Assembly (NCBI GenBank): GCA_040390065.1
Contig: JAZJZE010000017.1
Span: 1 to 64,000, forward strand
Length of the DNA: 64,000 nt
Direction: 5' to 3'
Source of the DNA: a bacterium
GTDB taxonomy: Archaea > Thermoplasmatota > E2 > JACPAO01 > JAHFTW01
Shown here in pieces: positions 28,699 through 37,266 of this stretch. The position numbers were made by a program, and so were the translations under genes. The notes under the pieces are model-generated. The model was given only the letters and a program-made list of their open reading frames with translations, did no database searches and was not told where the DNA came from. Position 1 is the first letter of the stretch, and every line of letters starts with the position of its first letter.

Positions 28699-29145
28699 TC
28701 AACAGATGAAGCAGATGCAACAGATGCCGTGCGCCGGGGGGCGTGACCCACGGACGTATGCGATCCTCGGGGCCGCGATGGAGGTGCACAGTGAGGTCGG
28801 CGCAGGCTACCTGGAACGAGGATACCAAGCCTGCCTGGCCCGAGAACTCGCCTTGCGGCGAATTCCGTTCGAGCGGGAGGTCGAACTCATGATGGCGTAC
28901 AAGGGCCAACCGGTCGACTGTTCGTATCGTGTCGACTTCGTCGCGTTTGGTGAGGTTCTGATCGAACTCAAGGCCATCCGCGAGGTGGGCGGCGTCGAGC
29001 GCGCCCAGATCTTGAACTACCTCAAGATGAGCGGCCTGGATACGGGCCTTCTCGTCAACTTTGGCGCCGAGCGCCTTGAGTGGGAACGCTTCACGTGGTT
29101 TGCCCGCAAGACTCCGTCCTCTGTTTCATCTGTTCCATCTGTTGA
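28699..29145 (+). mobile_element. Candidate autonomous family A element: GxxExxY nuclease bracketed by 26-bp inverted arms
   Basis: Left arm TCAACAGATGAAGCAGATGCAACAGA (28699-28724) and right arm TCTGTTTCATCTGTTCCATCTGTTGA (29120-29145) are 23/26 complementary and sit exactly at the nuclease domain boundaries. Confidence 0.7.
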
Positions 29146-29323
29146 AAGCTATGGGGGGAGTGGTGGGGACACGTTGCCGCCCTGGGCGCCGCCGGGCTCG
29201 AGCCCGCTGCCCAGCTCGAACGTGGTTCGTCACGGCTCGACACAGACGGACTCGGCGTCATCGGCGTCATCCCCGTTCCCCCCGCCGGGCCATGGCAAGG
29301 CCAGCCCGGAGAAGCCCTCATAG
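28706..29323 (+). CDS. GxxExxY protein (PD-(D/E)XK nuclease family)
   Basis: TYAILGAAMEVHSEVGAGYLERGY, RVDFV..IELKA, QILNYLK, GLLVNFG; the ORF starts in the left arm and reads through the right arm into a low-complexity tail. Confidence 0.93.
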   Translation: MKQMQQMPCAGGRDPRTYAILGAAMEVHSEVGAGYLERGYQACLARELALRRIPFEREVELMMAYKGQPVDCSYRVDFVAFGEVLIELKAIREVGGVERAQILNYLKMSGLDTGLLVNFGAERLEWERFTWFARKTPSSVSSVPSVESYGGSGGDTLPPWAPPGSSPLPSSNVVRHGSTQTDSASSASSPFPPPGHGKASPEKPS

Positions 29324-29346
29324 CCCACCGTCATTTCGCGGTCCCA

Positions 29347-30060
29347 ATGGCAGAACGCGTCGCCCTCGTCTTCGGCGGATCCATCCTCGCCCCCGCCGAC
29401 CTGGATGCCCGCTTCCTGCAGGACGTCGCCGAGAACCTGATGGCCTGGAGCAAGGATTGCCAGCTCTTCGTGGTCACGGGCGGGGGCTCCCCGGCCCGCA
29501 AGCACATCACGGCCGCCCGCGCCGCCGGCGTCGCGGAGGACTTGCTGGACCGCATCGGCATCCAGGCCACGCGGCTGAATGCCCAACTGCTGGCGTGTGT
29601 CCTCAAGAAATACGGCGCCAACGTCAACCTGGAGATTCCGCACTCGACGGCGCAGGCCCTGCGCTTTGCCGAGCAGCACGACCTCGTCGTGATGGGGGGC
29701 ACCGTCCCCGGCCACAGCACGGACTACGTCGCCGTGGAGCTCGCGGTCGAAGGCAAGTGCGCCCGCTTCGTCGACGCGACCAACGTGGACGGCGTCTACA
29801 CGCGCGACCCGGCAAAGCACCGCGACGCCAAGTTCCTTGCCGAGCTCGATTTCGAGAACCTGCTTGCCATCATCGAGGAGCGCGAATGGAGCACGGCTGG
29901 CGCCCCGGGCGTCATCGATGGCCCTGCCACCGTCCTCCTGGCCCGGCACGGCATCCCGACGTCCGTCGTGCGCGGCACGGACCTCGACAACCTTGGCAAG
30001 GCGGTCGCCGGAAAGCCCTTCCACGGCACCCGTGTCGCAGGCAAGAAGGTGGCCGTGTGA
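29347..30060 (+). CDS. pyrH: Uridylate kinase (archaeal type)
   Basis: FGGSIL, VTGGGSPARKHI, DRIGIQATRLNA, PGHSTD, TNVDGVYTRDP. Confidence 0.95.
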   Translation: MAERVALVFGGSILAPADLDARFLQDVAENLMAWSKDCQLFVVTGGGSPARKHITAARAAGVAEDLLDRIGIQATRLNAQLLACVLKKYGANVNLEIPHSTAQALRFAEQHDLVVMGGTVPGHSTDYVAVELAVEGKCARFVDATNVDGVYTRDPAKHRDAKFLAELDFENLLAIIEEREWSTAGAPGVIDGPATVLLARHGIPTSVVRGTDLDNLGKAVAGKPFHGTRVAGKKVAV

Positions 30061-30302
30061 AACCCCCCGTCGAGATTCCGATGGCGACCCCGGTGACGGG
30101 TCTCGCCGACCACAAGCACTGCGAGGTCTGCGGCAAGTCCATCGCCCTGGACGGCCGCGTCTGCAGCCCGGAATGCAAGGCGCGCTTGCAGGAAGCGTTC
30201 AGGATGAAGCGGCGCAGCGTGTACATCTTCGTCGTCCTCTTCGCACTCATCCTCGCCGTCACGGCGTGGCCTTACCTCTCGCAGATGGGCAAGGGGCCCT
30301 GA
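30057..30302 (+). CDS. DUF2116-like Zn-ribbon membrane protein
   Basis: DHKHCEVCGKSI....VCSPEC plus a C-terminal TM helix; follows pyrH. Confidence 0.85.
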   Translation: MKPPVEIPMATPVTGLADHKHCEVCGKSIALDGRVCSPECKARLQEAFRMKRRSVYIFVVLFALILAVTAWPYLSQMGKGP

Positions 30303-30341
30303 CGGCGGCCTTTTGAGGCTGGCCCGGGTGGGCGCATCCGC

Positions 30342-31880
30342 ATGGAGCTGAACCTGGCGGCGGCGGAGAAGCGGCTCCTGGCAGCCCTGCCGAAGGACGG
30401 GTCTGCCATGTCGCCCGCCCAACTCGTCGCCGCCGGCTTCTCGTCGGAGACCGAGGTGATGCAGGCCGCGGGCGCGCCGCAGCGTCACGGTCTCGTCGAT
30501 GTCAAGGAAGAACGGGAGACCCTTCACTCGCTCTCCAAAGAGGGCCTCAAGTTCCAGACGGCCGGCTTGCCTGAGCGGCGCGCGGCCGAGGCCCTGCACG
30601 CTGCGGGAGGGCAACTGTCGCTTGCCGAACTCGGCCCGAAGGCCGGCCTCGATGCGGGGGAAGTGAACGTCGCGGCCGGTTGGCTGCGCAAGAAGGGCTG
30701 GGCCACGATGGAGAAGGGGCCCGCTGGCGTCACGGTGCGGCTCGTCGGCGGCCGCCCCGCGCAAGGCATGGACGAAGTCGTTCTCCTCGACCTGGGGGCG
30801 ACGCCCAAGGCCACGCGTGAACCGGGCGCCATCGCCATGCTCGCGCAACGCGGCGGCCTCCTCGTCGAGACGGTCCGCGTGCAGCGCAGCCTCGCCCTCA
30901 CCAAGGCGGGTCAAGCGTTCGCCAAGGGGCTGAAACCCGACGACGTGGCCGGCATCGAGGTCAACCAGGTCACACCGGAACTCATCGCCAAGTGGGCCGC
31001 ATTGACGCCGGCGGAGCGGGCGCGACAGCATCTGCGCCCCTTCGACTTCAACGTCGCCGTCACGGTCCCCACACCGGGCAAGGCGCATCCGCTGACGCAC
31101 ATCCTCACGGAGATCCGCTCCATTTTCTGGAGCATGGGCTTCTCGGAGATCGCCGGCGACTACGTCGAGTCCGCCTTCTGGAACATGGATGCCCTGTTCA
31201 TCCCGCAGGACCACCCGGCGCGCGACATGCAGGACACGTTCTACCTCGCTGAACCGGCATCCGTCGCCGTCGCGAAGGCTGACCTCGACCGCGGCGAGGC
31301 CGTGCACACGAAAGGCGGTGGCACCGGTAGCACGGGCTGGGGCGGCGCCTTCGACCGCAGCGTGTCGCAGAAGGCGATGCTGCGCACACACACGACGAAC
31401 ACGACCATCCGCTACCTCGCGGAGCATTTCCACAACGTGAAGGCGCCGAAGGACGTGCACCGCGTCTTCGGTCTTGGCCGCGTCTTCCGCAAGGAAACCA
31501 TGGACGCGACACACCTTCCCGAATTCACGCAGATCGAGGGCATCGTCGTCGAGCCGGGCGTGACGTTCAACACGCTCGTGGGCCTGTGCCGGCACTTCTT
31601 CAAGGAGATCGGTTTCCCCCAGGTGCGCTTCCGCCCCGCCTACTTCCCCTACACTGAGCCTTCGATGGAGATCGAGGTGTTCTACAATGGCCGCTGGATG
31701 GAACTCGGCGGCTGCGGCGTCTTCCGCCCCGAAGTCACGCAGCCCCTCGGCGTCCCCGGCAACGTTCTGGCGTGGGGTTTCGGGCTGGAACGCTTGGCCA
31801 TGATGCGCCTGGGCCTCAAGGACATCCGCGACTTGTACATCTCTGACGTGAAGTGGTTGAGAGAGACGCCGGTGCGGTAG
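30342..31880 (+). CDS. pheS: Phenylalanine--tRNA ligase alpha subunit (archaeal long form)
   Basis: FWNMDALFIPQDHPARDMQDTFY, LRTHTT, VFRKETMDATHLPEF, YFPYTEPS, AWGFGLERLAM. Confidence 0.97.
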   Translation: MELNLAAAEKRLLAALPKDGSAMSPAQLVAAGFSSETEVMQAAGAPQRHGLVDVKEERETLHSLSKEGLKFQTAGLPERRAAEALHAAGGQLSLAELGPKAGLDAGEVNVAAGWLRKKGWATMEKGPAGVTVRLVGGRPAQGMDEVVLLDLGATPKATREPGAIAMLAQRGGLLVETVRVQRSLALTKAGQAFAKGLKPDDVAGIEVNQVTPELIAKWAALTPAERARQHLRPFDFNVAVTVPTPGKAHPLTHILTEIRSIFWSMGFSEIAGDYVESAFWNMDALFIPQDHPARDMQDTFYLAEPASVAVAKADLDRGEAVHTKGGGTGSTGWGGAFDRSVSQKAMLRTHTTNTTIRYLAEHFHNVKAPKDVHRVFGLGRVFRKETMDATHLPEFTQIEGIVVEPGVTFNTLVGLCRHFFKEIGFPQVRFRPAYFPYTEPSMEIEVFYNGRWMELGGCGVFRPEVTQPLGVPGNVLAWGFGLERLAMMRLGLKDIRDLYISDVKWLRETPVR

Positions 31881-31934
31881 CCATTCGACGGGGCACCGCG
31901 ACAAACCGCCAGGCTGCGTCGGCGCCCGTTGGTA

Positions 31935-31960
31935 TCGGTTGCATCGGTGGCGTCGGTTGA
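31935..31960. repeat. Family A solo arm
   Basis: TCGGTTGCA TCGGTGGCG TCGGTTGA. Confidence 0.78.
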
Positions 31961-31971
31961 CTCGGGGGGTT

Positions 31972-32150
31972 GGCCCCGGCGGCCCCCGCCGCTCGCTTCG
32001 CATCGCGGCTTGCCACGCCCTCGCCTCGCCGCGGCTTCGCCGGCGGCGTGCTCGCCCCGACCGGGGCCTTCCGCGTGTCCTTGCATCTCTTTCATCTTGA
32101 GGGGCTCGTGGTGGACGTCGCCGACGTCGGAGGATGACTGCCCTGTCGTT
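31972..32150 (+). repeat. Dispersed structured element (family B), copy 2
   Basis: Aligns with 158-347 (minus) and 38803-38974. Confidence 0.85.
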
Positions 32151-32248
32151 GGCCTTTGGCAAGCAGGTTTGCGCCATCCGTGCAATCCGAGGTTTCCTCT
32201 TGGACGCGCCCCGATAAGCCTTCAACCCCCGGCCACCTGCCTTCGGTG

Positions 32249-33154
32249 ATGACGGATACCAGCCTCGCCGGCAAGCGCGCCCTCGTCTTCGGCGTCGCGT
32301 CGGAGGACTCGATTGCTTGGGCCATCGCGCAGGAACTCGCCGCGCACGGCGCCAAAGTCACGATGGGCTACCAGAAGCGCTTCCTGTCGCGCATCATGGG
32401 CCTCTTCAAGGACAAGCCGTGGATCGAGGGGCAATTCGAGTGTGATGCGGCCATCGAGGAGTCCGTCGCGAAGTTCTTCACCGAAGCGAAGGGTCCGTTC
32501 GACATGATGGTGCACTGCATCGCCTTCGCCCCGGCCACGGCGTTGCAGGATGAAGTCGTGAAGACGACGGAGGCGGACTGGAACGTCGCCCTCGGCGTCT
32601 CGGCGTACTCGCTCATCCGCCTGACGCGCCACGCCATGCCGCACATGAACCAGGGCGGCGCCATCATCAGCCTCACGTACCTCGGCGCCGACCGCTTCGT
32701 ACCGGGCTACCGCGTCATGTCCGCCGCAAAGGCTGCGCTGCAGGAACTCACCCGCGAACTCTCGTTTACCTGCGGCCGAGAGAAGCAAGTGCGTGTGAAC
32801 GCCATCAGCGCCGGTCCGATCCGGACCCTCGCCGCGTCCGGTGTCCCGGGTTTCAGCATGATCCTCGACTGGATGCGGCACGCAGCGCCATTGGGCAGGA
32901 ACGTGTCGCAGCAGGACGTCGCCAAGTCCGCGTACTTCCTCCTCAGCGACCTCGCATCCGGAGTCACGGGCCAGATCCTCTACGTCGACGCCGGCTACAG
33001 CATCATGGGCGTCCCTCCGGATCTTGACAAGATGACGCTGCCAGGCCAAAGCGCACCTGGAGGCGGCGCGCAGACGGCCGCCGCGCCCCCGCCGGCGCCC
33101 GCGGCGCCTGCGCCCCCGAGGGCACAGCCGCTCATCTTCGGGAAGAAGCCGTAG
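32249..33154 (+). CDS. fabI: Enoyl-ACP reductase FabI-like SDR
   Basis: GVASEDSIAWAIA, VHCIAFAP, VSAYSL, LTYLG...PGYRVMSAAKAAL, VNAISAGPIRTLAASG, VTGQILYVDAG. Confidence 0.9.
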   Translation: MTDTSLAGKRALVFGVASEDSIAWAIAQELAAHGAKVTMGYQKRFLSRIMGLFKDKPWIEGQFECDAAIEESVAKFFTEAKGPFDMMVHCIAFAPATALQDEVVKTTEADWNVALGVSAYSLIRLTRHAMPHMNQGGAIISLTYLGADRFVPGYRVMSAAKAALQELTRELSFTCGREKQVRVNAISAGPIRTLAASGVPGFSMILDWMRHAAPLGRNVSQQDVAKSAYFLLSDLASGVTGQILYVDAGYSIMGVPPDLDKMTLPGQSAPGGGAQTAAAPPPAPAAPAPPRAQPLIFGKKP

Positions 33155-33155
33155 C

Positions 33156-33980
33156 ATGTCCCAGGACCGGCCGGAACTCGCCGGCGCCGCGCCGCGAAGG
33201 CACCTGTCATTGGCCATGCGCTGCTTTGTCGTGGCTTCGCTTGCTTTCATTGCCCTCGGCGCCGCGCAACTGGCGGACCGGTTGGATCCGCTGGACCGCG
33301 CCATCGACGGCCTCGTGCATGACGGCCTTCGACATGACGTTGGGTACGAGGCGACCTGCCAGTCGAGCTTCAACGCCAACCACACGCTTGAGCGGCCAGC
33401 CACGTATTGCCAATACTCGAGGTCGACGAACACGGCGCACGGTTCCTTCTCCTGCCCGGCCCAGACGCCGCGAAACGGCACCTGGACGCAGACGTGCTTC
33501 GTCGAGGAATCGCGGTTGCCGTGGGCCGGCGTGCCGTCCGACTTGGGAGCATCCGGCGCCGCCCTCACCCTCACCATCGCGACGTTCCTCCTGCTCGCCA
33601 TGCGCAGGGCGTGGCCGTCCGCCCTTGTCGTCCTCGGGGTCGCAGTCATCGGCGCGTATCTCGTCGCGCCGCTCAAGGCCTTCTTCCCCGGCTCCTTCCC
33701 GAGCGGCCACACCGTCGGCGGAACGCTCGGTTGGGGCCTGTTCCTGGTCTTCGCGGCGAGGTCGTGGCGGCCCGGCCCGTGGACTGGCATGGCGCCGCGC
33801 GTCGCCCTGGTTGCCTGGGCATTCATCGCATTCGCCGTCGGCTTCGACCGCGTCCACATCGGCGCCCACCCCGCAAGCGACGTGCTGGCTGGTTGGGCCT
33901 TCGGGGCGGCGCTCGTCTTCCTGGCCGTCCTCATCGATGACACCTTGCGCGAACGCACCGCCAGGAACCCCGCGCCATGA
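33156..33980 (+). CDS. PAP2 family phosphatase
   Basis: SFPSGH and DRVHIGAHPASDV motifs. Confidence 0.85.
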   Translation: MSQDRPELAGAAPRRHLSLAMRCFVVASLAFIALGAAQLADRLDPLDRAIDGLVHDGLRHDVGYEATCQSSFNANHTLERPATYCQYSRSTNTAHGSFSCPAQTPRNGTWTQTCFVEESRLPWAGVPSDLGASGAALTLTIATFLLLAMRRAWPSALVVLGVAVIGAYLVAPLKAFFPGSFPSGHTVGGTLGWGLFLVFAARSWRPGPWTGMAPRVALVAWAFIAFAVGFDRVHIGAHPASDVLAGWAFGAALVFLAVLIDDTLRERTARNPAP

Positions 33981-34690
33981 GACACACTCCGCCGTCTGCA
34001 AAGGCCTGGCAGTGGTGGGGCGTGACCCTGGGCTTGCTGGGCTTCGGTGCCCTCGCCTGGGACGAGGCGCTGCACGGCGCCCTGTATCAGTACGACTTCC
34101 GCGTCGATGCCCTCATGTCGCGCCTCGATGGCGACGGCTGGCCCATCCATCTGGTCGGGAACGTCTTCTCGATGCCCGGATTTGGTCCCGTTGACACGCT
34201 TGCCGTCGCCGTCACGGCGACGTGGTTGTGGCGTCGCGGCCAGCGCGACCTGGCCGTCTGGTGCGTCGTGGGGGGCCTTGCCGCGTGGGCCCTGACGGAC
34301 ACCCTCAAGCCGACGTTCGGCCGGCCGCTTCCCCCCTTCATTGCGCAGAGGTTCCCGCACGGCTACGGCTTCCCCAGCGGCCACACGATGGGGGCGACCG
34401 TGACCGTCGGCATCCTTCTCTTCATGGCGACGCAGTCGGAGATCACCCTCCGTCGACTCGGCCCGGCCGCAGCGGGGGCGGCGTGGTGGCGAGCCGTGCT
34501 TTGGTGGACGGGCATCTCGTTGTCCGTCGGCATCGCCCGCATCTTGGCCCAGCACCATTGGGCAAGCGACGTGCTTGGCGCGTGGGCCCTCGGCGTCGCC
34601 ACCGTATCCGCTGTCCTCCTGCTCGCTCGAGTCCCCCGGCCGGTCCCAGAGTCCCCCGTGATATCCGCGCCTTCGCCAGGCGCCACGTAG
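33977..34690 (+). CDS. PAP2 family phosphatase
   Basis: LKPTFGRP, GFPSGH, ARILAQHHWASDV. Confidence 0.88.
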   Translation: MRHTPPSAKAWQWWGVTLGLLGFGALAWDEALHGALYQYDFRVDALMSRLDGDGWPIHLVGNVFSMPGFGPVDTLAVAVTATWLWRRGQRDLAVWCVVGGLAAWALTDTLKPTFGRPLPPFIAQRFPHGYGFPSGHTMGATVTVGILLFMATQSEITLRRLGPAAAGAAWWRAVLWWTGISLSVGIARILAQHHWASDVLGAWALGVATVSAVLLLARVPRPVPESPVISAPSPGAT

Positions 34691-34716
34691 AAGGCGTCCC
34701 CGGCACTGCCTAGGCT

Positions 34717-35997
34717 GTGCGCCGCGCCTTGGGGTGGACTGCTGCCGCCGGCCTTGCCGTCTTCGCCATCGCTTGCCTGGACCTCTTCCAGAGCGGCCCA
34801 CTGACGACGCGGCTCGACCCTGCCGTGAACGACGCCGTCCTGCGCGCCCAGGATGCAGGCTTGGCCGTGGGCGATGTGGGCGCCATCCTGTCGCTGCCCG
34901 GCGCGGGACCCGTCGACGTCGTGGTCGTCGCGGCGGCGGCGTTGTTGTTGGCCGCGTGGCGGCGGTGGGAATCGGCTGCCTTCGTCATGCTCACTCCCAC
35001 ATTGGGCGGCCGCCTCGTGGATGTCATGAAGGAATTCTTTGAGCGTGGCTTCCCGCCCGGCGAGATCGTCTTCGCGACCGGTGCTGGTGCGGCCGCCTCC
35101 GAGGTGCACAATCCTGCGCCCTTTGTCGGCCCGGCCTACGCGTTTCCCAGCGGCCACACGATGGGAGCGCTGCTGTCCGTTGCGCTGGCGGTCATCCTCG
35201 TCGCCGAGGCGTGGATGCAGCGCCGGGGCATGCCCTCGCACCGTGCGTGGCGTGTACGGTGGAGCGTGTTGGCCGCCTGCGGCGCCCTCGTGGTCTTGAC
35301 CGGTATCGCCCGCGTCCTTCTCACCGTGCACTGGGTCAGCGATGTCCTGGCTTCGTGGGGGCTCGGCACGGCCATCATCTGCGGCGTGCTCTTGGCCACG
35401 GGTTGGGGCGAGCCGGCGCCTTTAGATGCCGCAACTCGTCGCAACGTCGTGCGCGTCCTCGGGTTCACCGGCATGCCGGGCAGCGGCAAATCGGAGGCCA
35501 TGGAAGTCGCGAAGGCGCGCAGCATCCCCGTGGTGCGCATGGGCGATCTCATCTGGGAGGAGGTCGAGCGGCGCGGCCTGCCGCGTGATGCCAAGCACGT
35601 CGGCCAAGTCGCGAACGACATGCGCGAATCCCATGGCAAGGACATCTGGAGCAAGCGCACAGTCGAGAAGGTCCGCCACGTCGCCCGCGACAAGGGCATC
35701 GTCATCATCGACGGCGTGCGCAGTGACGCCGAGGTGGAGACCTTCCGCAGCGAGCTTGGCGGCGACTTCGTGCTCGTCGCCATCCACACGGACCGCCACC
35801 ACCGCTTCGAGCGCATGCTTGCCCGGGGCCGCGCCGACGACCCGAAGGACGAAGCCGTCCTGCAAGTGCGCGACGAACGCGAGATCGGCTGGGGCATGGC
35901 GGAATGCATCGCGTTGGCTGACGAGATGATCGTCAACGACTCCGACCTGCCGGAGTTCCGGGCGAAGGTCGGGGCCCTCCTTGACCGGTTGGCCTAG
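34717..35997 (+). CDS. PAP2 phosphatase in frame with a UPF0200/dephospho-CoA-kinase-like P-loop kinase
   Basis: AFPSGH and ARVLLTVHWVSDV, then VLGFTGMPGSGKS, MGD, IDGVRS..E, RDERE. Confidence 0.85.
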   Translation: MRRALGWTAAAGLAVFAIACLDLFQSGPLTTRLDPAVNDAVLRAQDAGLAVGDVGAILSLPGAGPVDVVVVAAAALLLAAWRRWESAAFVMLTPTLGGRLVDVMKEFFERGFPPGEIVFATGAGAAASEVHNPAPFVGPAYAFPSGHTMGALLSVALAVILVAEAWMQRRGMPSHRAWRVRWSVLAACGALVVLTGIARVLLTVHWVSDVLASWGLGTAIICGVLLATGWGEPAPLDAATRRNVVRVLGFTGMPGSGKSEAMEVAKARSIPVVRMGDLIWEEVERRGLPRDAKHVGQVANDMRESHGKDIWSKRTVEKVRHVARDKGIVIIDGVRSDAEVETFRSELGGDFVLVAIHTDRHHRFERMLARGRADDPKDEAVLQVRDEREIGWGMAECIALADEMIVNDSDLPEFRAKVGALLDRLA

Positions 35998-36275
35998 AAC
36001 ACGCAGCGTGCGATGGGTTCGCCGTTCTGGATGTCGACGCCGTAGCGGCAGTTCGTGATGCCGACGCCATACGCGACGTAGACCGAATCCGTGCCGGCGT
36101 GGACCGCGACGCCCATGCCGCCCGCCACGAAGACGGTGACGTGGCCGTTCACGCCGCCGGAGCCAGCGGTTGCGCCTTGGTCGACGCACGGGTCGCGGTC
36201 GCAGACTTGCGGTTTGGCGGTCGCGGCGGGCAAGAGGGTCAGGGCAAGCAGGGTGGCAACGAGGATGGCTTTCAT
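35994..36275 (-). CDS. Small secreted Cys-containing protein
   Basis: MKAILVATLLALTLLPAATA signal peptide; 4 Cys. Confidence 0.65.
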   Translation of the reverse strand: MKAILVATLLALTLLPAATAKPQVCDRDPCVDQGATAGSGGVNGHVTVFVAGGMGVAVHAGTDSVYVAYGVGITNCRYGVDIQNGEPIARCVF

Positions 36276-36432
36276 GCGGTTCACGTGCCGGGAGTCCGGC
36301 GCGCCGCGATTCTGCCTGGCGAATAAAACCCGGGGCCGGTGGGTCGCATCTGCCGAAACAGAAGGGTCGCGGCATTGGGCCGCGGCCCAACGATTTGCCA
36401 ACACTGAAGGGCTTCCTGCCCGCTGCCCGGGC

Positions 36433-37266
36433 ATGACGCGTCTGGGGAAGCAGATTGCCGTGCGCCCGGTGACGGCCGCCTTCGTCGGGGGTGGGCTCCT
36501 GGTCGTGGCTTCCATCCTTGCGGGCTTCGCCCTCGGGCATGGCCGCGAAGCCAAGCCCGCGCCGCTTGATCCGTTGTGGACTTGGTCGAAAGACCCCTGC
36601 GACCCGACGCCGGCCACGGGCATCAACCACGACGCCCCCATCGTCTGGGCGCTGCGCGGCAATGCGACTCGCGCCCTGTCCGCCGTCCCAGATGCCGTGG
36701 GCGATTCCCTTGTCAGCGCACCGCATGCAGGGTCCGACGGCACGTGGCATGCCCGCACGATGCACGGCCTCGTCAACGCGACGGCGACGCCGCGGGACGG
36801 CTGGGCCATCGAGTACTGGAACCCCAACCTGCAGATGCGGGCGGACGACGTCACCGCCGTCGCGCACCGGCTGGGGGCAGCGACCCTGGATGCCCACCTC
36901 ACGGTCGACACGGGCCCTTGGGGTCACCAGCGGCTCGGGGGGAGCATCGGGGTCGGCATCTTCGTCCTTGGCGACGGCAAGACCTTGCAGTTGTCGCGGC
37001 TGCGCACGGCAGACCCGAGGCCCACGATTGACGTGCAGGAGGCGGACCGGACCATCGACGCGTACCTCGCATGCCGATTGGGGTCAGCCCACGCCAGCCA
37101 GGTGTACTACCCGGACGATCGGGTCATTTCCAACCCGCCCCGCGAAACGGGGATTGGCGACACGGGGACCGTCTACGGCATCGCCGGCCTTGCTGGCCAC
37201 GGCTCCATGTACATCTACATCGACGCCGTCACGGGGGCCGTGGCGTTGGCGCAGACCATCGGCTAG
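36433..37266 (+). CDS. Hypothetical membrane-anchored/secreted protein
   Basis: N-terminal TM; C-terminal YIYIDAVTGAV (PepSY-like ending). Confidence 0.6.
   Translation: MTRLGKQIAVRPVTAAFVGGGLLVVASILAGFALGHGREAKPAPLDPLWTWSKDPCDPTPATGINHDAPIVWALRGNATRALSAVPDAVGDSLVSAPHAGSDGTWHARTMHGLVNATATPRDGWAIEYWNPNLQMRADDVTAVAHRLGAATLDAHLTVDTGPWGHQRLGGSIGVGIFVLGDGKTLQLSRLRTADPRPTIDVQEADRTIDAYLACRLGSAHASQVYYPDDRVISNPPRETGIGDTGTVYGIAGLAGHGSMYIYIDAVTGAVALAQTIG

Noticed and set aside
28699-29145. CRISPR array or classical IS interpretation of the 9-nt repeats
   Set aside because: There are no unique spacers between direct repeats and no cas genes. The enclosed ORF lacks DDE, HUH and serine or tyrosine recombinase motifs, and no target-site duplication is visible.
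29796-34801. Very long antisense ORFs (29796-32225, 32222-34801; also 23288-25381, 44849-46711, 51619-53748)
   Set aside because: Shadow ORFs opposite well-supported genes, expected in high-GC DNA, with no recognisable motifs.
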